The notes under the pieces: generated by a model | What the model was told of the DNA's origin: nothing | Databases searched by the model: none | Seen by the model: the letters and a program-made list of their open reading frames with translations, nothing else | Virus record (IMG/VR): IMGVR_UViG_3300027906_000005 | DNA from: an uncultured virus (IMG/VR IMGVR_UViG_3300027906_000005) | Taxonomy: Duplodnaviria > Heunggongvirae > Uroviricota > Caudoviricetes | Length of the DNA: 64,000 nt | Direction: 5' to 3' (one strand) | Program-made: the position numbers and the translations under genes | Shown here: positions 26,796 through 38,200 of the stretch, one piece after another | Numbering within the stretch: position 1 is the first letter of the stretch | Layout of the letters: every line of letters starts with the position of its first letter

Positions 26796-26978
26796 ATGAA
26801 CAAAACACCTCTCATCCAAGGCAACGGATTTCTCGCCTCTCCAAACATGATTGATTTTGCAACCCGCATGGTCAGACAAGAAATGGAACAAGAAGCAATC
26901 CGTCAAGAGATCAGAAAAGGTCTTCGCCCTGCACCTTCCGATTCCTGGGGAATTTGGAATATAAGCGATCGTCACTGA
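26796..26978 (+). CDS. Hypothetical protein
   Basis: 60 aa; TGcTATACT -10 only 6 bp before the ATG, suggesting a leaderless mRNA. Confidence 0.65.
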   Translation: MNKTPLIQGNGFLASPNMIDFATRMVRQEMEQEAIRQEIRKGLRPAPSDSWGIWNISDRH

Positions 26979-26988
26979 TCGCTTTTTT
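26963..26988 (+). terminator. Intrinsic terminator overlapping the stop codon
   Basis: AAGCGATC-GTCACT-GATCGCTT-TTTT. Confidence 0.75.
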
Positions 26989-26994
26989 GCTACC

Positions 26995-27132
26995 ATGAGA
27001 ATCGCACTTTTACTAGGGGTCTTATTAGGGGGGGTCTATATAGGCACCCTTCTTATAGGGCAGGTTACTGAGATGACCAACTCACGCAACCAAGCAATTT
27101 GTTCAATCGATCCATCACTATGCACACAATGA
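26995..27132 (+). CDS. 45-aa membrane micro-protein
   Basis: MRIALLLGVLLGGVYIGTLLIG...CSIDPSLC. Confidence 0.6.
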   Translation: MRIALLLGVLLGGVYIGTLLIGQVTEMTNSRNQAICSIDPSLCTQ

Positions 27133-27353
27133 ATTTCAAAGACAAGAGATGGGGTGCATATAAGAAATGGGAGGACCATGCATATGTGTACTTTGACAGA
27201 ATAGTCAAGTGCATGTCACCCATGATAATACGCCCATCATCACCCATCATTTCAATATGCAAGAACTGAACGCACATGCATATGATATGCTATGTGACCC
27301 ATCACCCACTATAGCATATTACTTTCTCTCATCCATCCAAGCACGAGCAACCA

Positions 27354-27506
27354 ATGACAAAATGCAACACGAAGGTCCGCTACTGGATCGAACCACATCA
27401 GCAAGCAAGACTCATCAGTTTCGCAACGTATGATTCTGCATTAAGAATCATAGAAGACTTCACACGACTCGGATGGAGGGCAGAGATCGCACCCCCTCAC
27501 GTTTGA
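27354..27506 (+). CDS. 50-aa hypothetical protein
   Basis: MTKCNTKVRYW...ISF.TY..A...GWRAEI. Confidence 0.6.
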   Translation: MTKCNTKVRYWIEPHQQARLISFATYDSALRIIEDFTRLGWRAEIAPPHV

Positions 27507-27656
27507 CAGTCGGACAGTGCCGCCCCCCTTGGGCGGTTCGCCCCCCGCCCCTAGCTTAGGTTCCCTATCGATTCTAACCTACAAAGTCTTGCACGAGCGA
27601 GCGTGATATAAAATAAAAAATTTTTCTAAATATTCTCCCAGACCCCTTTCAAAACA

Positions 27657-27821
27657 ATGCCTAAAGCACCACCCCCGAAACCCTCCGAGCCAGTAAAAGC
27701 AATCAACGGTATCTCAGTATTCCTGCTAAGGGGTGCCCTTGGAGACCATTATATGAAGGACTGGTCAGAGGAGCACGTCAGAGAATGGGAGGAATATAAA
27801 GAAACTGCAAAGGAATTATGA
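27657..27821 (+). CDS. 54-aa hypothetical protein
   Basis: MPKAPPPKP..LLRGALGDHYMKDWSEE. Confidence 0.55.
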   Translation: MPKAPPPKPSEPVKAINGISVFLLRGALGDHYMKDWSEEHVREWEEYKETAKEL

Positions 27822-27834
27822 CACTATTCCCCCC

Positions 27835-27863
27835 TTGACTCTGTCAGGGAACTCTGATATAAT
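27835..27863 (+). promoter_or_regulatory. sigma70 promoter with no clear palindrome
   Basis: TTGACT, 17-bp spacer, TATAAT. Confidence 0.8.
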
Positions 27864-27890
27864 ATATACTAGAACTCCTCCCACACCGCC

Positions 27891-28103
27891 ATGATCTCAC
27901 TAGACGAAAAGTACCACAACTATCTCACAGAAAAGAAAACGTTGAATATCGATGGAACTCAAGAACGTCTTACAGGGTATGGATTTAACTGTGATGGTTC
28001 TGGAATAACTGGGTATTATGTCAACACCGAGAATTGGAGATTAAACTATGACCTACAAGAAAGGTTCGTAGAAAAGGAAAGACTAGTTACAGCAAACGTA
28101 TAG
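27891..28103 (+). CDS. Hypothetical protein
   Basis: 70-aa ORF after the promoter. Confidence 0.7.
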   Translation: MISLDEKYHNYLTEKKTLNIDGTQERLTGYGFNCDGSGITGYYVNTENWRLNYDLQERFVEKERLVTANV

Positions 28104-28109
28104 AACTAA

Positions 28110-28448
28110 ATGGACATTTATAGTAATGAACTGTTGGCAGAGCGTCTGGCAGCACTTGAGAAGAAAGTAGCAGAATCCAAACTCATGATGAGACGACCTG
28201 GCTCTGAGAGTTATGAGAAACTCGTAGATATTGTAAGCGAGCACGATGAGAAGCTCGTATTCCAAGAGAGGGTTAATTCAGGGTTAAAGGAGATAGTCTT
28301 AGAGGCACTCCGAGAATGGGTACAGGAGACAGAATACCTAACTCAGGCAAGTGATCCCGAAGGGAGATACTATTGTAGTAAGTCTGATTGTGAGGGAGTT
28401 CGTTTCGGAGATCAAAAAATCGCGTCCAAAACCGCGAAGGGTCGCTAA
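28110..28448 (+). CDS. Hypothetical protein
   Basis: 112-aa ORF, coiled-coil-like start. Confidence 0.65.
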   Translation: MDIYSNELLAERLAALEKKVAESKLMMRRPGSESYEKLVDIVSEHDEKLVFQERVNSGLKEIVLEALREWVQETEYLTQASDPEGRYYCSKSDCEGVRFGDQKIASKTAKGR

Positions 28449-28472
28449 ATATTATTCAACAGAGTAGGAGCT

Positions 28473-28679
28473 ATGGACGAACTGGAAGGTGAATTTATCA
28501 TCAAGAATAACAACGTGCTAACCACGTATTCTAAACTCAGGGATCTACCTGATAGTTTTGATCATTTGATTAAGTTTGAACCTACTATTCCTGAACCTCC
28601 ACATACAGCGGAGCAACATACTGAGATGGGTAAGTATGCAGACTACCTACAACAATTGATGACTAGAGAGACAAAGTAA
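28473..28679 (+). CDS. Conserved hypothetical protein upstream of PAAR
   Basis: P.SFDHLIKF.P..PEPPHT..QH motif; CTAAATA late-like box at 28445. Confidence 0.7.
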   Translation: MDELEGEFIIKNNNVLTTYSKLRDLPDSFDHLIKFEPTIPEPPHTAEQHTEMGKYADYLQQLMTRETK

Positions 28680-28927
28680 TGGCCTACGATCAAAAGGGAC
28701 AAAATGATGATTGGTTTGATCCACCATCAAAGCATTTTTATCAGAACCCGTTAGATTCAATGCCCATAGCAACGGATAAAGGTGAACCAATTGACACTGC
28801 TCCATCTGAGTGTCAACCACCTGGTGTTGATGAAGAGATAACTATACATGAAAAGATGTACCGTCTAGCAACTCAGAACGGTAGTACCATAGGTGGTTCG
28901 GAACATTGCCATGACGATCACAGTTAG
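28679..28927 (+). CDS. Hypothetical protein
   Basis: 82-aa ORF with TAATG coupling. Confidence 0.6.
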   Translation: MAYDQKGQNDDWFDPPSKHFYQNPLDSMPIATDKGEPIDTAPSECQPPGVDEEITIHEKMYRLATQNGSTIGGSEHCHDDHS

Positions 28928-29408
28928 TCCTTTTGCAGAACCATGGTCTATAACCCCTGGAGTAACCAGACCTACGTTTACAATTAACCAGACAGTTACA
29001 GCAGCAACAGACGATGCTTTACAAGAGGAGATTACTAATGTAACTGCTACTGTAGATGGAACTGAACCTGATATAGTAATAACTCCTGGAGTAACTTCTG
29101 TGGCGATCACAGGGTCATTTCAGGATCCTTTTGTAGATGGGTTTACTTATGTTGAACCTGGTGAATCAGATAAGACAATGACACCGATCACGGTTGAGAG
29201 AATACCTAACATGCCAGCAGGTAAAAGGTTATATGATCTTGATCAGGATATGACTGCATATACTACTAAGACTATTACTGTTACAGTATCATGGGAATTA
29301 CTTACTGTAGCTCAGACACCTGAAGTCTTTACTCTTACAATGAAAATAAATAACTCATGGGAAGGTATCCATACCTTCATGGGTGACTACTACGATTATT
29401 TGAACTAA
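28911..29408 (+). CDS. Hypothetical baseplate-associated protein
   Basis: Thr-rich ORF coupled to the PAAR gene; role inferred from position. Confidence 0.6.
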   Translation: MTITVSPFAEPWSITPGVTRPTFTINQTVTAATDDALQEEITNVTATVDGTEPDIVITPGVTSVAITGSFQDPFVDGFTYVEPGESDKTMTPITVERIPNMPAGKRLYDLDQDMTAYTTKTITVTVSWELLTVAQTPEVFTLTMKINNSWEGIHTFMGDYYDYLN

Positions 29409-29692
29409 TGCCAGCAGTAACTAGAGTTGGAGATGCAGACGTATCTCATTGTTCAGGAATGGTCAGAGCACAAGGTTCTGGTAACGTATTCTGTAATGGG
29501 ATTCCGATCTCTCGTCAAGGAGATAATAACACTGGTCATTTATTGCCTGGTGTTCCATGTCCTTCACACTCAGCACCTATAGGTTCGGGGAGTGGATCCG
29601 TATTTGTAAATGGCAAAGGATGTGGTAGAATAGGGGATGCAACATGTACCAGCGTTGCGGCTGGTTCACCCAACGTATTTGCTGGAGGTTAA
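29408..29692 (+). CDS. PAAR spike-tip protein (gp5.4-like)
   Basis: PAVTRVGD..HC, GS.NVF.NG...RQGD, HSAPI..GS.SVFVNG..RIGD..C...GSPNVFAG. Confidence 0.92.
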   Translation: MPAVTRVGDADVSHCSGMVRAQGSGNVFCNGIPISRQGDNNTGHLLPGVPCPSHSAPIGSGSGSVFVNGKGCGRIGDATCTSVAAGSPNVFAGG

Positions 29693-29694
29693 TT

Positions 29695-29847
29695 ATGGCA
29701 ACAAAGACTAAACCAGGTGGTTTTGGTACACATCAACATGTAGAACCAATACCCAAGAGAACAAGACAAGGCACAGGGTCACACACTAAGTACTCTGCTA
29801 CCTCACGTAATAAGGCAAGAAAGAGGTACCGTGGCCAAGGAAGATAA
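29695..29847 (+). CDS. Small basic protein
   Basis: MATK...PKRTRQG...KYSATSRN..KRYRGQGR. Confidence 0.7.
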   Translation: MATKTKPGGFGTHQHVEPIPKRTRQGTGSHTKYSATSRNKARKRYRGQGR

Positions 29848-29998
29848 AGGATATAAAGGTAATGCGAATCGCCCTGTAGACATGGGCGATAAGTTTAAAG
29901 AAGAGGGTTGGGAGTACTGTAGATACCTCATTACTGACCCTCGTTCTGATGTATATTTAAAGCGAAGTCAAGCAGAAAATAAAAAGGCTACAGATTGA
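29831..29998 (+). CDS. 55-aa hypothetical protein (GTG start)
   Basis: GAGG upstream; NRPVDM...LITDPRSD.YL. Confidence 0.55.
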   Translation: MAKEDKGYKGNANRPVDMGDKFKEEGWEYCRYLITDPRSDVYLKRSQAENKKATD

Positions 29999-29999
29999 G

Positions 30000-30007
30000 T
30001 ATAAATA
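30000..30007 (+). promoter_or_regulatory. T4-type late promoter TATAAATA
   Basis: Exact consensus before gp25. Confidence 0.85.
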
Positions 30008-30031
30008 TAAAGAAGGTTAATTCTACATTGG

Positions 30032-30421
30032 ATGTCTTTTGTATCGAAGTCCTTTCGTGACTTCAGCCTGACTTTTGAAAAGAATGCAGTGACGAACGAT
30101 GTTCTGTCACTGAAAAATGAAGCAGCTATTAAAGCAGCAGTCAAAAATATTGTTTTATATAACTTTTACGAGAAGCCCTTTGATCCCGCATTTGGTGGTA
30201 ATATAATTGGTCTTCTATTTGAGAATGTTACACCTGACCTAATCAGTTCTTTAGAGCGACAAGTATCTGATTGTATCAATCTATATGAACCCAGAGTGGC
30301 AGTATATGAAGTTACTGTTGATTGGGAAGAAGATTATTATGAATTAAACGTGAGTGTTGCTTATGTAATCTTAGGGATTCCACCTAAGTTTGATAATATC
30401 GAAGTTGCATTTAAACCGTAA
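30032..30421 (+). CDS. gp25: Baseplate wedge subunit gp25
   Basis: AIK.AVKNI....EKPF.P.FG......LFE...YEPRV. Confidence 0.92.
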   Translation: MSFVSKSFRDFSLTFEKNAVTNDVLSLKNEAAIKAAVKNIVLYNFYEKPFDPAFGGNIIGLLFENVTPDLISSLERQVSDCINLYEPRVAVYEVTVDWEEDYYELNVSVAYVILGIPPKFDNIEVAFKP

Positions 30422-32271
30422 TGGCATTTAACCAGATCAACGCTCTTGAATTCAACGAAATCAAGGCACAGATAAGAGACTATATGAAGGCACAGTCGCA
30501 ATTTAGCGATTATGACTTCGAGGGATCCTCTTTGACAGTTCTTTTGGACGTTTTAGCGTATAATACTTACTATACTTCGGTTAATGCCAACCTTACAGTT
30601 AATGAAGGGTTCCTTGAAACTGCTGTTTTACGTGAAAATGTTGTAAAGCTAGCACGGATGATTGGTTATACACCTAAATCTGCTCGTTCTGCACAGACAG
30701 TTGTTAATATAAGTGTTCAAACTGCATTCCCATACCCTAAGACAGTTACAATTGTTGCAGGATTGGTACTAAACTTCACTGGATTAGATAATAATAACTT
30801 TGTTTTCTCGGTTCCAGTCGATACTACACAGAGTGTAGACAGTACAACAGGTATTGCAGCCTTTAATAACCTATCTTTGTATGAAGGAATCTTCCTTGAA
30901 GACACTTTTGTACGTAATTCTTCTACAAGACAACGTTTCATCCTTACAAATAAGGATGCAGACACCTCTATTATGTCAGTTGAGGTCACTTCTGGAACTG
31001 TCACAGAGAAATATCTACAAGCAACAGACATTACTAAGATTGATTCTACCTCAAAGATCTTTTTCCTTGAAGAATCTGAGTATGAGGTACCAGAAATCCT
31101 CTTTGGAGACGATGTTTTAGGTAAAGATCTTAATGATGGTGACGTTATTACCGTTAGATATACCACATCAAGTGGATCTGGCGCAAATGGACTTAAAGTT
31201 TTTGATAATATTGGCAATTACCTAGACAATGTTGGTAATACAATCAGTACTGGCATCACAATTAGTGCTGTAACCTACCCAGATGGAGGTGCTTTACCAG
31301 AAACTACTGAATCTATCAAGTTTTCTGCACCGAAATTCTATTCTGCATTCGGTAGAGCAGTTTCTACTCGTGATTATGAAGCAATTATTCCTCAAATCTA
31401 CCCTAACGTATCGTCAATTGCGTGTTATGGTGGTGAAGAGGCATCTCCACCTGAATATGGTAAGGTATTTTTGGCAATCAAACCAAAAAATGCTGATAAA
31501 TTATCACTTTCAGAGAAAAATGTTATTCTAAAGAAGCTTAGAGACTACTCTGTAGCGGCAATTCAGCCTTCAATCATTGATCCATCGATACTTTACATCG
31601 ATTTGGACAGTTTTGTTTACTTTAACCCCAATAATACTCGCAGAGAACCTTCCGAAATTAAAAATGTAGTGCTTGCAGCACTAACTGCGCTTAATACAGG
31701 TGCAGAATTTAATAAATTTGGTGGAAAATTCAAATTCTCCAAACTTCAGAAGATAATTGATGATTCTGAGGTATCAATTACCTCTAATATCACTCGTGTT
31801 AAGATGAGAAAGAACGTAACAGTCGATTTGAACGCTCGTGTCAACTATAAGATCTGTTACGGTAATAGAATTAACCAACAAACTGATACTCCTGCTGTTA
31901 CTAGTAGCGGATTCAAGATTGTTGGAGATGATCTTAACCAATATTACATGAATGATGATGGTAAAGGTTCATTGCGTCTCTATTACGTAAAGGATACTGG
32001 TGCGTTTGAGTATGTCGATGGTCTATGGGGATCAGTTGATTACACACATGGTGAAATTGTCATTAACGATTTGATTATCCAGTCAACTTCAGTGATTGGA
32101 AACCTATTACAAATATCTGCAATACCTAAGTCCAATGACTTAGTTTCTTTGCGAGAGACCTATCTCACATTAGGCATAGATAATACTGTTGTTAGTGTTG
32201 TAGAAGACACTATCAGTAGTGGTTCAAATCTTTCTGGTACTGGAGTTGTACCAGAGTCAAGCTATAGTTAG
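30421..32271 (+). CDS. gp6: Baseplate wedge subunit gp6
   Basis: F.DYDFEGS.L.VLLDVLAYNTYY, RENVVKLARMIGY.P, RAVS..DYE, PPEYGKV. Confidence 0.95.
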   Translation: MAFNQINALEFNEIKAQIRDYMKAQSQFSDYDFEGSSLTVLLDVLAYNTYYTSVNANLTVNEGFLETAVLRENVVKLARMIGYTPKSARSAQTVVNISVQTAFPYPKTVTIVAGLVLNFTGLDNNNFVFSVPVDTTQSVDSTTGIAAFNNLSLYEGIFLEDTFVRNSSTRQRFILTNKDADTSIMSVEVTSGTVTEKYLQATDITKIDSTSKIFFLEESEYEVPEILFGDDVLGKDLNDGDVITVRYTTSSGSGANGLKVFDNIGNYLDNVGNTISTGITISAVTYPDGGALPETTESIKFSAPKFYSAFGRAVSTRDYEAIIPQIYPNVSSIACYGGEEASPPEYGKVFLAIKPKNADKLSLSEKNVILKKLRDYSVAAIQPSIIDPSILYIDLDSFVYFNPNNTRREPSEIKNVVLAALTALNTGAEFNKFGGKFKFSKLQKIIDDSEVSITSNITRVKMRKNVTVDLNARVNYKICYGNRINQQTDTPAVTSSGFKIVGDDLNQYYMNDDGKGSLRLYYVKDTGAFEYVDGLWGSVDYTHGEIVINDLIIQSTSVIGNLLQISAIPKSNDLVSLRETYLTLGIDNTVVSVVEDTISSGSNLSGTGVVPESSYS

Positions 32272-32278
32272 TTAACAG

Positions 32279-35200
32279 ATGACAAATTCTTCCTGGAAGG
32301 TTAGTTCGTGGACTACGCCGACCACTACGGTTACAACAACGCCCGTACCGTCGGAGGTCAGCCCTGAATCGAGATCGCAGATTTCCCATAACGTATCTGG
32401 GCAATTTGCTAGTTTCATACAGGATAATTATCCTACCTTCATTTCATTTGTTAAGGAATATTATAAGTCACAAGAATTAAAGGGATATTGCTTTGACATC
32501 ATCCAGAACTGGGGTGATTATTATAACATAGATGCTTTTGGTGGTTTAGTTACTGAGACTAAGCTAATTTCTGCTGTAACAACTTCTTCTACAACTGTTG
32601 ACGTTGAATCTACTCGTGATTTTCCAAATGAAGGTCTACTTTTAATTGATGATGAGATAATTCACTATCAAAGTAAGGGTCAGACACTATTTCAGACTTG
32701 TGCAAGAGGATTTAACGCTGTAAGAGGTGTTGGAGAGGAAGGAGACTATAAATCTGAGAACACTGTTGCCGCTGCACACGCTCTTGGCACTAAAGTTGTC
32801 AACTTAAACAATATTTTCCCACTTTATGTTCTTGGAAAGTTCAAAGAACAGTTCTTAGCAACATTTCCGAAGAATTTTGCAGAGGGAGTAACTGAATCAA
32901 CTGTAATTAAGCGAGTTAAGGACTTTTATGCCGCAAAAGGGTCTACAAGGTCTTTCCAATTCGTTTTAAGAACACTTTTTGGCGTAGAATCAGAAGTTGA
33001 CTACCCAAGAGACAGAATTTTCAAGCCATCAGACGCATATTACACTTCTAGGGAAGTAATTCGTGCTGTTGCTGTTTCTGGAGACCCAAATGACCTTGTT
33101 GGGCAAGTTTTGTATCAGGAAAGTGATGCAAATGACCCAAATGTTGCTGCTGCGCGGATTTATGTCAAAGGAGTAGTAGAAGTTTTCACTTCTAGCGGAT
33201 CTATCTTTGAAATTGACGTAGATACCAATAATTCACTCGGAACTTTTGTAACTCCATACAAATCGATGCTTTCATCTGATTTGGGTGGTGAAGTAAACGA
33301 TCAAATTGTCACTGTTGACTCTACATTGGGTTGGCCAGAGATAAATGGAAGATTTAGGATAGAAGATGAGATTATATCATATACAGATAAAACTGTAACC
33401 CAATTTTTAGGATGTTCTCGTGCTAGAGAGAATACAGTCAATGTAGCACATGATGCAGGGCAAGAAGTATTTGCCGCGTTTAAGATTTATGGATATTCCA
33501 ATGTTGATAACTCTGAAATTCAATTAAAAGTCTATGGTGGAACCAGAGGAGTTAAACTAACTGATGGTGGGCAGTATTACCTTCCAAGTAGTAAGGTTAG
33601 TACTCCAGCCGCTCCAGGATTTGATAGTATTGATCCAGTTTGGGAGAGTTTCACATATAACGTAAGAAGGGCACTCAGAGGTGCCTCAGCGACCCTAGGA
33701 ACGACGAATAACGATGGTTCTGTTCGTTGTACCATTGTCACAAAGGAACCACATAGATTAGTCAGAGATGATGTGATCAGAATCCTCAATGCACCAGAGG
33801 ATATCTACAATAACCAGCATGATGTTGTTGGTATTGTAGATGAGACTACTTTTGAGTTTATCTTCTCATCTAGACCTGCTCAGGGCATAACAGGATTTGA
33901 ATTCTACATTGCTAGAGAGTTTGCGTATGGTACGAGTGATTACGCATCTATCAATAATGTAGTTAAGGATTATACCGCAGACGTACAGAATACTTACCGA
34001 TCAGATACGGATGTTATCGTCGCTAGTACAGGTGTACCATCACATAAGATTGGACCATTCGGTTCAGGTGACTTACCACCAGGTAACCAGAGATATCTTA
34101 AGAGAATCCCCATAACACCATCCACTAAGAGTACAAAGACATCTACTCCTATTGGACAAATTGGTATTGGATCAAATGGTGTTCCGTTGTTTTCATATAA
34201 AGGAAGAGACATCAAGAAGTTTGGTGGATTATCATCAATCACTAAGAATAATGGTGGCGCGGGATATGACATCACAAACCCACCTACAGTTGTGTTTGAA
34301 GAAGATTATGCGCTCAATGGAGTCTATACAATATACACTAGAGTAAAGCATAACGGAAATAGGTACCAAGCTGTTACTAGTGGTAGAACATCATCAACTG
34401 TTTACCCAACACACACATCTGGTATCGTAACATTAGGTACAGTTAACTGGCAATACGAAGGAACTCCCGCATCTGCTACTGTTTCTGTCCTAGGTGAGGT
34501 TATAGCGATTAACGTTACTGCGGGTGGTAGTGGATATGTTACAGAACCTATTATATCAATTACTGGTGGTGGAGCTAGCAATGACAATCAGGCAACTGGT
34601 TCAGCGCAGATTACTAATGGTACAGTTACTGGAATCATAGTAACTAACAAGGGTAGCGGATATACTAGTGTTCCTACAATCTCTATTAGTGGAGGAAGCG
34701 GGAATGGGGCAACTGCAAGTGCCATTTGCCGTGGACCAATCAATACAATTAACATCACTGATGCAGGAAGTCAATATACTTACGAACCATCGATCAAATT
34801 GATATCTGGTAGTGGTGCTGTTGCGTATCCTTCCATTTTAAACGGAAAGATTGAAAGTATCATTGTAACCTTTGGTGGTAGTGGATATTATGGAGCTCCA
34901 GACGTTGTTATTACTGGAGATGGAGTTGGTGCTACCGCATTTGCTCAAGTAGACCTTTCTACCAATATTGTTACTGGTATCCTTGTAACAAACAAAGGAT
35001 CTGGTTATAGCGCAGGTGCTACAAGCATTGATATCGTATATCCAGGTACAGGCGCATCATTCCAGACTAAATTAACAGAATTAACTTATAATGAAGCAGC
35101 AACCTATGAAGAACTCGGTGTTCCCGCTAGTTCCTTCACAAATAGGAAAACTACGGATGCTGCAGGTGGTACAACAATCAAAGGTGAGAACTATTTGATA

Positions 35201-38200
35201 TATGCGGGTGAATATGGATATTTGTACAACCCTAAGAAACTTAGGTACCTTTTAAGAGATAATATTGACAGTAATCTTAATGAGTTGAATCCAACTGGGC
35301 ATTCACCGATTATTGGTTGGGCATATGATGGACACCCCATATATGGACCTTATGGATTTGAAGATCCTGAAAATACTACACCATATAACTCATATAAGTT
35401 GATGGTATCATCTTATAATGTAAAGACCTCTAGAGATGCTCTTCTAAGCGGTCTAACAGACCCTCTAGGGACTTATATTGAAGATTATGAGTATACGGAA
35501 GGATATGGAGATTTAGACCAATATAATGGCAGATTCTGCGTTACTCCAGAATATCCAAATGGAGTTTATGCATATTTCGCTACAATCAAGGGTACTGCGG
35601 GACAACCGAAGTTTCCATACTTTATTGGACCTAATTTCTACTCAGAAGCGAATGCTGTCAACTGGAACGGTAATGGTCTTCAGAAAAACTTTACAGAAGA
35701 CGCAATTCGCTATAGAAAGCCATTTATCGGTACAGATAACATTGTAGCGAAGAGAAAACAGTTAGATAACAAAGTTGACTTCTTCTTAGCACTAGAAGAC
35801 ACCACAACATTGATTGTGATGGAAACTGGAGAGGTTCTATCTTATCTTGAAGATGGAATTGGATACTTCAGCTATTATCCTGTAATTAGAGGTGGTACTG
35901 CAGATTCATTGATCGTTTCCGCAACTAATAAGTATTCTTCCGCTGGAGTTGATCAATATCTTGTAGAAGGTGGCGGTAATGGATATAAAGTCAATGATAG
36001 GCTCTTATTTGATAATACTGGCACTGATGGTGAAGGTGTTAGTGCTACTGTATCCGCAATTACTGGAGAACCAGTTAATACAGTCGCAAGTGTAGTTGAT
36101 GCTAACACAGATGTCTATACTCAGACTATAACCACTTCAGAGAAGCATTATTTGAATGCTGGTGATAATGTTACCGTTTCTTTAACGGATAACCTCTATA
36201 CTAGAGAACTTTCAGCTAAGGTCATAGGTGATAAGTACCATTTCAATTATTTCCAATTATCTGGAAGTGGAAGGATGGATCTAATCAAGGAATATGCTAA
36301 TACAACAGCATATGTCTTAGGTGATCTTATTTACGTTGGTAATAGAGTTTATAAAGCTGCAGAAAGTGGAACTTCTGCATCTACTGCTCCAACACACACA
36401 TCTGGTACTGCAAGTGATGGTTCAATCAATTGGACCTACATGAGAATCCGTACAGACGGTAATTTGGTACAAGGTGGATGGTCAAGTATTACTGGTGGTA
36501 GTAATTACCTTGATGCCACATATTTCGATGTTCCATTATCATCTAATGGATCTGGAATTACTGCTAAAGCAACTATCGTAGTTTCTGGTGGTGCGGTAAC
36601 TACAGTCACTATTACAGATACAGGTTATGGATATAACGTAGGTGACACTATTAGTGCTGCAAATGTCAATTTAGGCAATGCATCATCTCCTGCTGGTTCT
36701 GGATTCACTATTACACTAACTGAAGTCGAAACTGAAGCACAATGCCATACAACTTTGCCACATCAACTCGGAATCGGCGATATAGTCAATATTTCGGGAA
36801 TTTCTCCTTCTGGTTACAATAAAACCGACTATTCCGTTGTTAGAACTGAAACTCTTCGTAGATTTACCGTAAAACGTAATTTTGGAACTATTGCATCTGC
36901 AAATACGACTTCTTCCGAGGTTTATGTCCAAGAACCCAAATTACAACTTATTTCGGGGCACAAATACAAGATTGACACTTCCGATGCAAGTAATGTTGGA
37001 AAAACACTTGCATTTACTTTAGATCCCGCAAATACCGATATTTTCACTTATAAGAACATTACTGATGAAGAAAGGGATCCAATTACGGGTGCTCAGAATT
37101 CTATTACAATTTTCATAAAAGATTTACCTGGAATCTTCTATTACTTCGATATTCAAGGAAATGTTGCTGGAAGTTACTTTACATCCATAAATGATCCTAT
37201 TATTGGAACACAGACAGTTCTAAGTGAGACGGACTTTGCATTTACATATGTAACAGCACTTGCACCCGAAAGTGGATATTCAACAGGCATTAGTTATACT
37301 ACAAACTCAATTTACCCCACAGGGGGAGTTGCAACCATCTCTATAGGAGATCCTGGAAGAAACTACTCATCTCTTCCAAAATTAAGTGGATCTACTAGAT
37401 CTGGATCTGGTGCAGCTGGTGTTGCTACTATTTCAGGTGAATTGTCTAGTGTTTCCATTACAAACGATGGATCTGGATATAATCAAAGTCAACTTCCAAC
37501 AGGAGTTGTATCGTTACCCGATTATGTTGATTTAACACTTACTGGGGTACTTGGATCGTTTATTAAGGATGAAGTTGTAATATCTCAAACAACTCAAGGA
37601 AATCAGACTGCTAGAGGTAGTGTTATTTCTTGGGATCCTACTTCTTCGACAGTAAGAGTTAAACCACTTAAGAATGAAAGAGTGGGTGCTGCTAATAAGG
37701 GATATATTATGTTTAGTAGTGGTAATGCTATTACTAATAAAATCTACAGTTCAGATTCTCAAGCATCTATTAGTGCTGTAAGTGGAACACAAGCTATTGT
37801 TGCTACTACGGTAGACGGTGCTGGTACATTAACTCAAGTTACTGTTACTAACGGTGGTTCTAATTATAGATCTGCTCCAGACATTATATTTGACGATCCT
37901 TACTATGGAACTGTTTCTACAGTTGGAAATATCACTGAATCTGTTGCAAATGCCTTTAATGCAGATACAACAACTACAGGTGTCACTCAAACCTCTATTG
38001 CAGGTTCTAGTGGATCTGGAGCAGAGTTTACAATAGTCACAGATGGTAATGGTGCAATTAGCACAGTTACATGTACTGATGGCGGTAGTTCATATGTACT
38101 AGGTGATACACTAACATTTGACGGTACTAAACTTCCTGGTGGTGCTTCTAACGAAGACTTTGATGTGACAGTTACTACATTGGCACATGCAGACGTAGCT

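Noticed and set aside
27129..27433. ORFs 27129-27269 and 27209-27433
   Set aside because: Low-complexity CAT-rich sequence with competing frames; only 27354-27506 looked gene-like.
15600..27600. CRISPR-like array built from the palindromes
   Set aside because: Copies are degenerate, kilobases apart and tied to promoters; no regular repeat-spacer period and no cas genes.
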